From Chrysomallon squamiferum (taxonomy: Eukaryota; Animalia; Mollusca), in contig CM022667.1 in NCBI GenBank assembly GCA_012295275.1, forward strand, positions 6,696,001 through 6,760,000: a stretch of DNA of 64,000 nt. Direction: 5' to 3'. Position 1 is the first letter of the stretch. Every line of letters begins with the position of its first letter. Below are positions 49,181 through 63,292 of the stretch, piece by piece. A program made the translations under genes and the position numbers. A model generated the notes under the pieces. That model saw nothing but the letters and a program-made list of their open reading frames with translations, did not search any database and had not been told where the DNA came from.

Positions 49181-51515
49181 TTCTACAACAGTCCTATTAT
49201 CCACTAACTAATCCCCAGCATCAAAGTCACAGCTACTGTTGACATAACTATCAGTGTTGTCTGAAACATAATTAAAACTTGTTTGTTTTTTTTTTTTTTT
49301 TTTTGTTTTTTTGAAGTACACATAATATCACAATTAAAAATCATATAAAAAAATCATGGTATGTTAATTTAAAGCCCAGTAAAATGGCCATATCAATTGA
49401 CAGAATTATAATTAAAATTAGTGTGATTTAGAGGATACGAATATTACAACAAAACTGCTATGATCGTCTATGTTTATGATAAGCTTTTGTATGGTCCATT
49501 TATCATTTTATGATTTATCATGCATGTGATATTTCTGGTTTTAGTTAAAATGTTAATCATGTTTTGAGTAAAAACGTATTAATATAATTATCGGTATACC
49601 TCAAAGGCTCTTTAACCTCTTTAAGCATGAGTACGTGAATTTTATTAGTCACTAACTAAAATTAGTGTTACAACTGTTAATATACGACGTTAAGATCATA
49701 ACGAAAATACATACGAACACATTACTAAAAATTATAAAGTTTGAAAACATTAAAAGAGGAAAATAACCACAACATTTGGCTTTAGCTAGTAATGTGTTTT
49801 CACTAGCAAATACTAATATTGTGTCAACAGAATTTCCATTTCAACAAAATTCATAAACAAATGATGGGTGAACGCAAAAGCCTCCTACTTACATGATACT
49901 TCAGTTATCTCCCATGGAAGTGAAGACACTTTCATTTTGCTTGAAATTCATTTCCTGTTCCCGTTTTACAACCCCACCCCATTTCGCCCATGTGTGTGTA
50001 AAACCTATTAATAATATTATCATTTTGAAAATAGTATATAGTAATAGTATTCTTATGTCATCGTTTTATAATATATTCTTTTAAGATTTTAATAATTTAT
50101 TAATTTGCATTTTTTTTTTTTTTCCATAGTTGCAAACAAACCATAAACAGATTTGGTTATTCATGTATTATTTGTGATCATGATATTGGTAATTACCCAA
50201 GAAAGGAAAAAGTTTCATTACATTTAATGCTGCACTGTTAAAACTGGAACAAGTACAAAAGTAATTAAGGACAAAAATAATGAACTTTGAATTAGTTTTT
50301 ATTCATTATTTGATTGATACAAGAATATTAAATTACAATAAATATGTTGTATATTACAATTTAATGTTCATTTATATAAATTAATTCCTATGATTACACA
50401 AAAGTTAATATAACAGTCAATGCAATATTATTGCACATTCACATAATTTCATAATTAAATAGATACAGATAAATTAACTGCAAAGATAATTAACCTGTTA
50501 CAGAGCCAATTATTACAAAGTAAAAATTGTGTCATATTTAAAAGTGTTTATAAATTTATAAAATTGTAAGAAATAATGCACACATAATGAATACAAGTTA
50601 CTAAATACTAAAAATTACAAAACAGAAAAATAAAAAGCTGTATTAATGGTGTGTGTTATATAAAATAATCTCAAAAATGAACCTGAATTCCAAAGGCATA
50701 AAACAATTTAACAAGAGTGTGCATTTAATCAACATCTTTTTCTGATACTTTTTAACATTTAAATAATAAAAATAAAAATAAAAAAATAAAATAAAAAAAA
50801 TAAAATAATCAAATTAGGAATGTTTATATTATATTTTTAATGAATAATTATTTACATCAAGTACAACAAGTTAAAATATCACAACCTATCCGAAGACAAA
50901 TGTTTGTTATAAGTTCTATACAATGTTTGTAACCATAATAAATATAAAATAAATGTAGAATATTAAATAAATAGAAAGTGTTGTTTTATGCATAGTTATG
51001 TTAATATACTGCTGCTTAAAACAGCTGAAGGCTTTATTTGTGAAAAGTACAGAACAAAAACAACATCTCAAAAATATTATTTTAAACATTCATGAATCGA
51101 AAAATAATAAATTCAACTCCTATGTCATGAATAAAATATCTGATTTAAATTTGTAAAAACAGCCATCTTCAACGTAATAAAACAATATACTTGACACTGA
51201 ATGATAAATTTTACATGAATTAGAAAGTAATATGAATTTTTAAACCTAATTACCACAAATACTATTATCCCATAAAAATAGTGGGATCAAATAATAATTT
51301 TCAAAGTTTGATAATAATTCTTTTTGTGATCTGCTTTGCTGTCCTAACTACATTTATTAACAAAAATTTCATAAAGTAAAATGTTTTACATTTTGACAGA
51401 TAAGAACAAAATGTCCAAAACATGGTGAAAATAACAAAGGAAAAATCATTCTAATTGAAAATGCAATTAAGTTCATTGTCTGTTGAAGTCCTGAGAAAAA
51501 TTTTCCAAAATTTTT

Positions 51516-53580
51516 TTATTTCTGGATTGCTACATTGATAGCAGCACACACGTACACAGCTCCCTTGTCATCTGTGACTGACGCCAAAATCTTGTACTTT
51601 GTCTAAAGTTAAAATTTATATTTCAAAATACATGACAACAGTTAATTATTAATCAAAATTCTTTTAATGAGACGTTAAACAAGTTTTCATTAATATTTTA
51701 CAAATGTCATTAATATATTAAAAACTTTTTCTTAAATAAATCTTTATTGATATTATATACATTTTATTTAAATAATCATTAATATTTTTAAAACAGGTTT
51801 ATTCCCATTATAATATATATTGAAATATATTTTATCTTAGCAAGTAATCATTAATTAAAAATAATACCTATAAACAAAATATCAATCAAATTTAAATATT
51901 CTTTATCAACTATTATTAATTAAAACTGCATTGAACAGCACTGTTGTGAAATATATGATGTAATAATAGCTATATACACATAAATACAAATAATATTAAT
52001 TCTTACATTGATTTTATTTATTATACTTACAGGAGGCATCATGCTGATATCCTTAATGGTGTATGGTAGATTGATTTTTTCTGAAACATAAAAATAAGTG
52101 AATATAAAATAATTTAACTGTTGTTTGATGTTAGCACTCACAAAAAAATAACCTTTTATCATTAAATTTAGTTTTATTATTAAAATATTCACCATCACAA
52201 ACTATATTAATAACAATCTGTTTGTGTTTATGCCAAGTGTTCCATACTTTTGAACTTGATTAACATAATTAAAAATGTCTGAAGCTGATTAGTTCAAATC
52301 TTGTCTGTTTATTCCAGTGATTTACTCACGTCCTTTCCTGATGGGACAGTTCAAGCCAACCTGTGGAATGACGGTAGCACAGGTCAAGTTTCTGCTGGAT
52401 AACTAGAATCCCATCCATGTACACCAGCAGCTTTATTGTTCCTTTTGACAGGTTTTCCGCTGGAATAACAATTGTGTATATATTAAACACACTGCATCTT
52501 CAAGACATGTTCAGATGTGATTTCAGTTCAGTCTCTGAATATTAGTTGTTTTTGTAAAGAAATAAAATTGTTCCTGAGCCATATAAATGACTGTTAATTA
52601 TAAAATATACTGTACTAACAAGTTTAGGTAAGATCTGATAAGAAACCATGTTTAGCATAGCTAAAAGGAAAGAAAAAAATAACATTATTAAAAAAAATAA
52701 CTTACAAGAAGTCAAGTTTAACTGAATAGAAACACTGTCTGTGGTCTTTGGTTTTTTTGGCTGCCAGGTCAATGAGAAACTGTGACTTGGTGGTCCTGAA
52801 ATGAAAGACATGGATAATTATCATCATTATGATGATTACAGTGATAATATGTGAGCCCAGTTCTTGTATGATGACATAAAATCATATACCACAGACTTTG
52901 TTATTTGAAGCTGAAATAAAAACAGTAGGTACACAACTGAGCTGGATTGATCTCTAACCCATCAAATGTCAACAGCAAACAACAGCTTACATGTTTATAT
53001 GCATGAGAAACACTTACAACCATTTCAATATGTAGAAATGATAAAAAAAATATTAATCACATTGAGACTTCAATGTTTAACAATCCTAATGCAACCAAAA
53101 TTCTGTTGTGACTTCTGTATGGGATTTTTCATATTCAGGATTCCTGTTTAACAAAATCAGCTAACAGGACTAAGCAACTGGCGTAATTACATTACAAAAA
53201 CACTGTTTTTTCTAAGAAAATGTAAGTATGACAGAGTTAACCAGAAACCTGAAAGAAAGATCAGTAAGAAGTTGTGGCTAACTGAGATTCTGCACCGAGT
53301 GACACTCACCACAGTTAGTGGCATGTCCTTCATCTCCAACATTCCCTCTCACCAACTCAGCAGTTCCAAACCTCAAAATGTTCTCCAGGATATCAGACTT
53401 CTTCTTGTCTAGATCATCTCTCAAGTGGTGAATTTCATCTGAATCCCATATCGTATTCAAAATATTCTTCGGTTCTTCATTTTTCACCACTTCCTTCAAA
53501 ATTTCAGGAATCTGGTGCAAGTTCCAGAAAGCTGCTGTTCCAGACAAACATAACATAAAACAGACAAACAGTTTCTCCAT
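51516..53580 (-). CDS. Secreted ML-domain (MD-2/NPC2/PG-PI transfer protein-like) lipid-binding protein, copy 1
   Basis: Exons 53580-53310 (signal peptide, extension, GHATNC), 52795-52706, 52459-52330 (LNCPIRKG; +1 frameshift), 52080-52031, 51602-51516 (YKILASVTDDKGAVYVC). Four-Cys pattern and C-terminus typical of ML domains. Confidence 0.75.
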
Positions 53581-54789
53581 CGTAAATGAATCTGTTTAAA
53601 ATAGAAATAATTATTTATTACATGACTGGAGACATACACAACATGCTATATATGAAAAATGAACGGACAAGACTGATGTGAAGCAGTGTTTAGTGCAAAG
53701 CTATGAAAGTGATCATATATTGATTAATTCTAAATCCTCACACTCCAACCACCTTGAGGTTCATTGGTTTAAACTAACTTTTCTGTATTGAAAAAGTTAA
53801 TGTTAGTTATTTATGAATACATCAATTTATAATTTAAAAAAAAAAACATTTCCTGTTGTTTATTTTTACCTGTTGGTTCTCTTATTAATATGCTTGGTGT
53901 ATAAAGCAATCAAAAACTGAAACAGAAATGCATCAAACATGTTAAAACTTGCAAATGTACACAACTATTTCAAACATACTAAATATTTTGTTAACTGCCA
54001 ATAACGCAAAGCTAGCCAAATATGCGTTTCTAAAACGTCAACAGAGAACACTGCCAACCAGTTACTTAATTACACAATATTCCAGAAACTGAATAATCAG
54101 AATATAAATGTGCTCGACTAGTTTCAGACATATCACATCTGAATATTTATTTTGTAATGATGTATATATTTTGTATTTACATTTTATGGTTATGCTTTAT
54201 ATCAGTGATATTATCACCACTAAACCGTATACTCTAAACACAAAACAGACCCAAGCAATTAAAACAGATATAGAAACAACGAAATATTCGATCTAAAAAA
54301 TAACACATATGCCGCTTTCATCTTTAAATTTGTCAAGTTGGTACTACTGTTAGTACTAACAGTAGTAGTACTACTTCAGTATTTCATCTACTTGGCTTGG
54401 CTTAGACATGCTATTATAACTATTACAATAACTTAGTATATAGTATACTATAATATAGTCTATAGACTAATAGAGTATAGTCGAGACTTTAGTTTAGTAT
54501 ATTATAATATAGCCGATTCAGCGATTGTCAAACATTTATACTCAAATAAGTCCAGTGCAAAAATAAACATCACATGTAAAGTGATAATAATCATTCCATA
54601 TGGGATGATTAACTTATCAATAAATTACAATTTAATATCAAATACATTACTTCTTAGGAACCCTATTTGTACAACATAAACAACTCGAACCTAATCACGT
54701 GCCTTTCAACCTGGTTAATTTAGAGTAATTTCCCCTGAAATAATCCCCATAACAGAGTTACGTTAGTAAGTATCGTGTATAAAATAAAA

Positions 54790-54987
54790 ATTATTCATTA
54801 GGAAAACTTTAATAATAATGTTTATGTAAAGGAGTGTTTGTAATATAAAAATAAATGTTTATTTAGAATGAAAGTGATAAAGTTATTTTGTTTTAGTGTA
54901 AATCTAAGTCGTTTGTTTTAATAATAAACCTTTCTGCAGCCGTGTATCAGAACCCGTAAAATTACTTCATTAACTTTCATGAACATT

Positions 54988-55035
<48 letters not shown>

Positions 55036-55173
55036 GTTGTAATAGTAGTAGTCCTAAGAATAAAAATAAATAATTAAAGACAAATTCAGAAATTGTTATG
55101 TAAATATTTTATTTTTATTTATTTTTGTTTGTTGATTAAAATTAATCAGAATTTGGATAAAAATTAAATAAAT

Positions 55174-55217
<44 letters not shown>

Positions 55218-56874
55218 GCAGATAAAAAAACCCTAAACATTCCAAACACTCCTATATGAGTATATCTAAACTGAAAATTGCATTTTTATTTTAAGAACTA
55301 AATGATGATAATAATCATAAGCATATGATCAGTTGATGAACTATGGAATGTTTATGTCCAAAATATTTGGTTCAAAACATCTGCATAGAGTTTATGACTG
55401 ACTTGCAAACTAGATGTGGTGTTACCCAGATGAGAAATTTAATTAAAGTGAAATTACATATCTACGTTGGTTCTGGAGCAAACTATTGGATTGTGTCTGT
55501 TTTTTGTATAGTACCTCTTCAGTTTTTCAAGACTAATGTTTATGTATATCTGTATGTGAACAAGTTTATCTTTATGAATTAAGTACCTGACAGAACTGAC
55601 TTTGCTGCTGACATCAGCTCACATTGAAATAAGAAGATTGGTATGTACTGATAAGAAGTTTATTTTTGTCCTAACACACATTTTTAATTATACTTTTATA
55701 CTTTGTCAAGTCTCTTCTGATTAATGTTATTTTTTTTTTTTTTTGATGCTATTCAGTTTTTTTTAATAATCCCTATAAGTCTTACAGAGTTTGTTCAGTA
55801 AACCCATTTCCATTCCTGACTAAAGTGTTGAAGTAGTTTTACAGTTAATCTTTTGAAATGCACAATCAACTAAAAAGTTAATTAGAAAAAACACCAAAAC
55901 AAATATAAATTTGTTTTATTATGAAAATGCAAAAAATGCTATAAAAAATATATATAAAAGCAATGACAATACTAGAGCACAGCATTAAAATAAAATAAAA
56001 ATGAATAACAACATTATGTGGTTTTATCTGTAGACAGTATTAGCAAACTATAATTCCTTATCTGGAAAGAACAAATAACAGTGACAACCTATAATAATAA
56101 TGTAGGAATATTGTAAATAGACAGTACTGGAAGAACTTTCAAATTATTTAAAATATAATCCAATGTAAATACTGTTCAACCAGTCATTTGCTGCAAATAT
56201 TGAAATCAAAATTAATGATTATTTTGGAAACCAATCAAAATGACTAAATACCACTTAAACATCATTGCATTATTAAAAATCTCTTCTTTTTTTCCCCTCA
56301 CTTATTAACAGCCTCATATAATTTAATATTTTAACCTTATGTTTTTATTTATAAAAAAATTATTTTAAGTAAAAAGATATTCTGGGTTAATGTCATTTCA
56401 GTAAAGCTTTGTCCTATAAAAATGACTAGCTACTACACATAATAAACAAAGTTCTGTTATGTAAATAACGAAGGATTACTAATTAAAAATAAAAGAAAAT
56501 GCAAAAAGCACAAAATAATTTTAAAACTAAAGAATAAAACAATTTTTAAAAATTTGATTCAAAAAAAGATTCAGAATAACATATAAAACAGACAGTAAGG
56601 TAATTCCAGTATGTAACAAGGGTAATTGTGTAATAATATTTAAAAATTAAAATCCTGTTTAAATACAAAAATACAAATACTTTCTCAGTAGTATAACTAG
56701 TGTTACTAAACTTAGGAATCTGATAGGAAATATTTTAAGTAAATTAAAATAATCAGAGAAAAAGTGTTTGTTAAATCAGTAATGAATTTTAAATTTCAGT
56801 TCTGCACAAAGGAAAACAGCAGATTTCGCATCCAGAATTTTAGCTACTATCCTGTAGTTTGCCTGAAATAAATA

Positions 56875-56910
<36 letters not shown>

Positions 56911-57505
56911 TAATAATAAATAATAATAGAATAAAACAAAACTAACTAAAATTACAAATAATAAAAATCAAAAAAAGAAAAAATAGAAAGAAAAACATTA
57001 ATAAAACCAAAACCCCTGTGAAACTTACCTATAATGACACATAGAATAATCATAAATTTTACAATCTTTACGAAGTATTTTTGTTAGTAAAACAATTTCA
57101 GGTAATTGTTTTTGTCATGAGGGGAACTATCCATACACAAAGAAATACAAATATTACAAACATACATAAACCCATCCATCCACCCATTTATTTATATTAC
57201 ATACACATGCCCATCTGCGATACATATGCATATATGATAGGTGATATTTTGTTTGCTATGTAAAATTATTATTAAATATTTATGCTGTACTTACAGTTGG
57301 TAAGATACTGATATCCGAGAAAGAATGTGAAAAACTTATTTGTTCTGAAACAAAAATATTTAATTTGAAATGAAATAAATAAATATACAAAACTAAAACC
57401 AAAAATTAGTTCAACTAACAGTCCTACATTTATAAACTGATGCTTTCTGTTTTTAAGTCATTGAATTACATGTTTTACACACGTTTGCAAAGAAAGATTA
57501 AAACT
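54790..57505 (+). repeat. Segmental duplication, copy A
   Basis: Colinear and highly similar to 61074-64000, including downstream flank, 3'UTR, introns and the last two ML exons. Confidence 0.9.
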
Positions 57506-59446
57506 GAATATCTATTTTTACTAGTTATTTAGAATGCTATTTGTAACTTTATGTATTATTGTTTTTTTTGGATGAATTATAAAATAAAATTTTTATTTTT
57601 AATAGCAGGTGTCAGATTAATGTTGTTTTAATTATACATACCTCCCTTTTTAATGGGACACTTCTTTCCAATTATGATCAGTTTTTTGCACAAATCGAAT
57701 TTGTCCTGAATAATAGGAGTTCCTTCCATGTACATCATAACATCAATAGTTCCACTCTTGACATCAGCAGCTGACAACCAACCCCACAAAAAAAAAAAAA
57801 AAAAAATATATATATATAAAAAAGCAAATACAGACAACACAAATTTCATCCAGGTGATGTAGTATGTTCAAGATCTTGCTGCAGATGCATCTTGGTGGAT
57901 GTTGAAAGTTCCACCTGTGTGTTCTAACAGTAGCCAGTATGTGTTCCAACTGTGTGTTCTGTCAGTAGCCAGTGTATTCCAGCTGTGCTCTGTCAGTAGC
58001 CAGTATGTCTTCCAGCTGTTTTCTGTCAGTATCCAGTATGTGTTCCAGCTGTGTGTTCTGTCAGTAGCCAGTATGTGTTCCAGTTATTTATCTTGTTATT
58101 ATAACACACTTAGTAACAACTGACTGTGAGAAGGAAATGGGGATGTAGTAATGTTTGGTAGAAAGTTCTCCTACACTGCAGATTTCTCACAGTTTTTAAA
58201 CCTCAAACCAAGCATTCAAACACTGAGGTGTCACAACCTGTTAAAATCAGTATTTGTGGACAGCTGTTCTTAGACAGTGCAAAGATCTCATGCATGAACA
58301 GCCAGAGTGAATTCCCTAGTAATATGTACACCAGTCAGTATTTCACTTTAAGTATACTAGTTCAAATCTGAGAAGAAAAAGTTGAGTAAAATTATCCAGT
58401 AAGGTTTGTTTGACAAAATAATTTTAAAAATTTAAACTGTCAGATCTTCATTTATGTTTATCATAATACTGATATGAGAAACAAATGTCAAGTAAAAACA
58501 TTTGATAATATTTAAATATGAATTTAAATATTATCAAATGTTTTTTTATTTTTTATAATTATTATTACTGAAAACTAAACTTACCTGAAATCACATTTAA
58601 ATGAAATTCAACACTGTCAGTAACCTTTGGGTTTGCAGGTTCCCAGGTGAGTGTAAAATTGTGAGATGGTGGTCCTGTAAAATTTTAAAATAGCACTTTA
58701 GTCTTGAGTATAGTCTGTTTGTAGATTACAGACCATTTCCAAAATAGTATGGTTTCTGTCATCAGCTACAGGATGTCGGTTTTGGTTTAATGACATCATT
58801 AGGGTACACTGGTTAAGTTTCTGTCAGTATCTGTTTGGATGTGAAATGTTTGTGTAATGGTATGAAAATGTACTGAAGCACTGGTTGTAATTTCTGTCAC
58901 TAATAATTATTACTGAATGTTAGAATGTTTTAATTCCTACATATTTCCACTGATTAAGAGAAAATTTACTGATTAAGAGAAAATTTACTTTATTTCTATT
59001 AACAAATTGTTTATAAATTCTGTCTCGCAGTACATAATTATATTAATGAGACTGTCGATTCAGAAGTCATGAATTGCTGGTTAGGTTGTGAAATGACACA
59101 GTCTGCCTGAGATGAGGACTGAACCATAGCTATATCTCACCACATACAGTTTGATATATCAGTAAAACTCACCACAGTTTGTAGCATGTCCCTGGTCATC
59201 TGCAGGTGCTAATGGTCTTTTGAGTGAATGAAATCGTATCATACTTTTCAGAAATCTGTCTTTGTCACCAGCAAGATTTTCCTTAACAAACTGAAGCTCA
59301 TCAGAACTAAATATTTCCTTCAAGATATCTTTTGCCTCCCCACTCTCTCCTGTTTTCTGCAGCAGACGTAGTTTTTTCAGATTCCAAAATGCTGTTGTGT
59401 TTGATAAACTCAGTATAGTCAAAACAAGGAAGAAAATATTCTTCAT
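56776..59446 (-). CDS. Secreted ML-domain lipid-binding protein, copy 2
   Basis: Exons 59446-59173, 58674-58585, 57770-57642 (FDLC...KCPIKKG), 57344-57295, 56862-56776; same intron positions and phases as copy 1; frame intact. Confidence 0.8.
57915..58083 (+). repeat. About 33-bp intronic minisatellite
   Basis: TGTGTTCTGTCAGTAGCCAGTATGTGTTCCAGC units. Confidence 0.88.
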
Positions 59447-60605
59447 TTTGTATTACTTTTTAACCAACACTGGAAAACAAGAAGAAAAGAAGTTATCATA
59501 CTAAAAAAAATCTAGAACAACATGAAAAATGAGGATGTTATATAAAATAAATGTTTTACTCATTTCGATGCAGTTACGTTTAATAGTCATAATTTGTAAA
59601 ACTTCGATAGCTACATTTATTTTATTTACACATTGATTGTAAAATGTTAAAACAAACCTGAAAGAAGAATAAATTCAATGTTTAATTTACAAGAAATATT
59701 TCCTGCATCTAACTAATGAGGAAACTTTATAAATAAAACCTTCCTCTTTGGGCTAGTTGCTTCCCTTCGTTGATCTTACGTACTAGTTAAATATATTACT
59801 GAAAGCAGTAGTAAAATGAAACAGGTCAGCGCATGTTATCCACAATAAAATAAATATTCAAACGTCTAAAATAGCCATTAATTTTCATTTTCGTCACTAA
59901 TAGAATATTGGAAAAACTATCTCTTTTAATTGTAAGAAGTAATTTAATTTAAATAAATTATTTATCAACAAGTTACAATAAACAGTAGATTTTACACTGC
60001 CTGTGATAGGTCTGTTAATGGCGTATTATGTAAATTACATGGGAAATTAGCCCATGGATAAACTAAAAACGAGCACAAATAGAAAAGATACACGCTTGAA
60101 TTTACGTAGCTGTTTTTATTTAAAAAAAATTAAATTCATGTACACACCTGTAAAAAGATGTTATCAGGAAAATTTCATTATTAATAAAAAAGAAACAAAA
60201 AATAAATAATATAATAATGTAATAACAACAATAAATAAATCTCATATTGCTGAAGAAAAAGATATAGTCATAAAAATTGTTCATTGTTAAATATATTACT
60301 ACTGCTAATAAATGTTTATCTGCAGATAATTATTAATTTACTATCACAACAATAAATGAATAAATTAATAATTGATTAAATGAACAGGTAACTTTTAGAA
60401 AATAATACTATCTCTGACAACCCAACACTCATCAGTAGTAAAACATAAAAGTCCTTTTTCATCACAGAAAACATCAAACACTATTTGACAAAACAGCATT
60501 TGTAAGTTTGTAAGTTGTGTACACATTGTTGCGATTGTATCGTTGTATGTTTACGTTTGCCAATGTGGCGTCTGCTAATATCAACTCTTTTCCCTGTACT
60601 CTTAC

Positions 60606-60873
60606 CACAGTTTACTGCATGACCTGGTTCAGCTGAAACACCTGAAGATGTCTGAAGTATTCCAACACGCAGAATATTTTCCAAAAAATTAGCTTCTTCG
60701 TTTACACTGTTCTCATTCGAGTGATGTGCATTCCACATTTTATCAATGATTTTCCTTGGTTCTTCATTTTTGATCACGTTGTGTACAAGATCAGGTAGTT
60801 GGTTCAGCCTCCAGAAAGCCTCAAAGATGGACAAACACGCCAGAAACAGAAAACTGAGTAGAATCTTTGACAT
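60606..60873 (-). CDS. Orphan first coding exon of the ML family (signal peptide plus extension); alternative first exon or truncated copy
   Basis: MSKILLSFLFLACLSIFEAFWRLNQLP...KNEEP...FLENILRVG...GHAVNC G/GTAAGA; homologous to exon 1 of copies 1 and 2; no exons 2-5 of its own before 59446. Confidence 0.65.
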
Positions 60874-61944
60874 TTTTTCCCCTGGAAACTGTTGTATGCA
60901 GATAGCTTTTTATCTACAAAGAAAAAGTGATAATAAATAAATAAATAAATAATTAAATGAAAAAATTTATAATCAATATAAAAACCAAAAATAAGAAAAA
61001 TAATGTAAAAAAAAACCACAAAAAACCCCACAACATTCCTATTCCTAGTCAGTACCGAGTATAAAACAAAAGCTATTCATTAGCAAAACTTTAATAATAA
61101 TGTTTATGTATAGGAGTGTTTGGAAAACGTTTTTGTGTAAATCTAATAGTTAGTTAGTAAGTCGTCTGCCGTTTTAAATTTAATAATAGAACTTTCAAGT
61201 TTCAGCAGACGACGTGTATCAAAACCGGAAAATTATTTCATTAATTTTAATGAATATTTTAATAATAATAAATAAATTAATAAATTAATAAATGCAAATT
61301 CAGAAATTGTTATGTAAATATTTTATTTTTATTTATTTTTGTCTGATGATTAAAATTAATTAGAATTTGGGAAAAGTTAAATAAATATTTTTAATCTATC
61401 TATCTATCTATCTACACAGTCTGTGACTGACTTGCAAAAAAGATGTAGTGTTACCTAGATGAGAAATAGAATTAAAGTGAAATTACATATCTACGTTGCC
61501 TCTGGAGCAAACTGGGAATGTGTCTGTCTTTTGCATAGTACCTCTTCAGTTTTTCAAGACTAATGTTTATGTATATCTGTATGTGACAAAGTTTATCTTT
61601 ATGAATTAAGTACCTGACAGAACTGACTTTGCTGCTGACCTCTACCATCAGCTCACATTGAAATAATACTGATAAGAAGTTTATTTTTGTGCTAACACAC
61701 CTTTTTAATTATACTTTTCATACTTTGACAAGTCTCTTCTGATTAATGTTAACGTTTTTATTTGATGCTATTCAGTTTTTTTTAATAATCCCTATAAGTC
61801 TTACCGGGTTTGTTCAGTAAACCCATTTCCATTCCTGACTAGTGTTGACGTGGTTTTACATTTAATCATTAAACTGAAAAGGTTAATTAGAAAAAACACC
61901 AAAACAAATATTATAAAATTTGTTTTATTATGAAAATCCAAAAT

Positions 61945-62478
61945 ATGGTATAAAAAAAAATAGAATAGAGTTCTTGTAACTATATATCAGTATCTTATAT
62001 ATACAAAAGATGGTATAAAAAAAAATAGAATGGAGTTCTTGTAACTATATATCAGTATCTTATATATACAAAAAATGATATAAAAAAAAAAAAAAAAAAA
62101 AAATAGAATGGAGTTCTTGTAACTATATATCAGTATCTTATATATACAAAAAATGGTATAAAAAAAAATAGAATGGAGTTCTTGTAACTATATATCAGTA
62201 TCTTATATATACAAAAGATGGTATAAAAAAAAATAGAATGGAGTTCTTGTAACTATATATCAGTATCTTATATATACAAAAGATGGTATAAAAAAAAAAA
62301 TAGAATGGAGTTCGGTTGTAACTATATATCAGTATCTTATATATACAAAAAATGGTATAAAAAAAAATAGAATGGAGTTCTTGTAACTATATATCAGTAT
62401 CTTATATATACAAAAGATGGTATAAAAAAAAATAGAATGGAGTTCTTGTAACTATATATCAGTATCTTATATATACAA
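61945..62478 (+). repeat. About 62-bp minisatellite specific to duplication copy B
   Basis: ATGGTATAAAAAAAAATAGAATGGAGTTCTTGTAACTATATATCAGTATCTTATATATACAAAA units; absent at the equivalent site near 55935-55960. Confidence 0.95.
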
Positions 62479-63292
62479 TAAGCAATGACAGCGTTAGAGC
62501 ACAGGATTAAAATAAAATAAAAATGAATAACAACATTATGTGGTTTTATCTGTAGACAGTATTAGCAAACTATAATTCCTTATCTGGAAAGAATAAATAA
62601 CAATGACAATCTACAATAATAATGTAGGAGTGTTGTTAATAGGCAGCACTGGAAGCACTTTCAAATTATTTAAAATATACTCCAGTGTAAATACTGTTCA
62701 TCCAGTCATTTGCTGCAAATGTTCAAATCAAAATTAATGATTATTTTGGAAACGAATCAAATTGACCAAATACCAATTAAACATTGTATTTTTAAAATTA
62801 TCTTCTTTTTTTCCCCATCATTTATTAACAGCAACATATAATTTAATTTTAACCTTCTGTTTTTGTTTATAAACTATCACTGTTCATTAAAATTATTCTG
62901 GGTTAATGCCATTTCAGTAAAGCTTTGTCCTATAAAAATGTGACAAGCTACTACAGATAATAAACATTTTAATTTTACAGAATGTAACAAAGTTCTGTTA
63001 TGTAAATAACGAAGGATTACTAATTAAGAATAAAATAAAATGCAAAAAGCACAAAATAACTTGAAAAGTAAAGATTAATAACAATTTTTAAATAAGTAAT
63101 AAAACAAAAGACACACAGGTAATTTTAGTACGTAAAAGGGGTAATTGTCTAATGATATTTAAAAATTAAAATCCTGTTTAAATACTAAATACAAATACTT
63201 TGTTAACAGTGTAACTAGTGTTACTAAACTTAGGAAGCTTTAGGAAATATTTTAAGTAAATTAAGATAATCAGAGAAAAACTGTTTGTTAGA

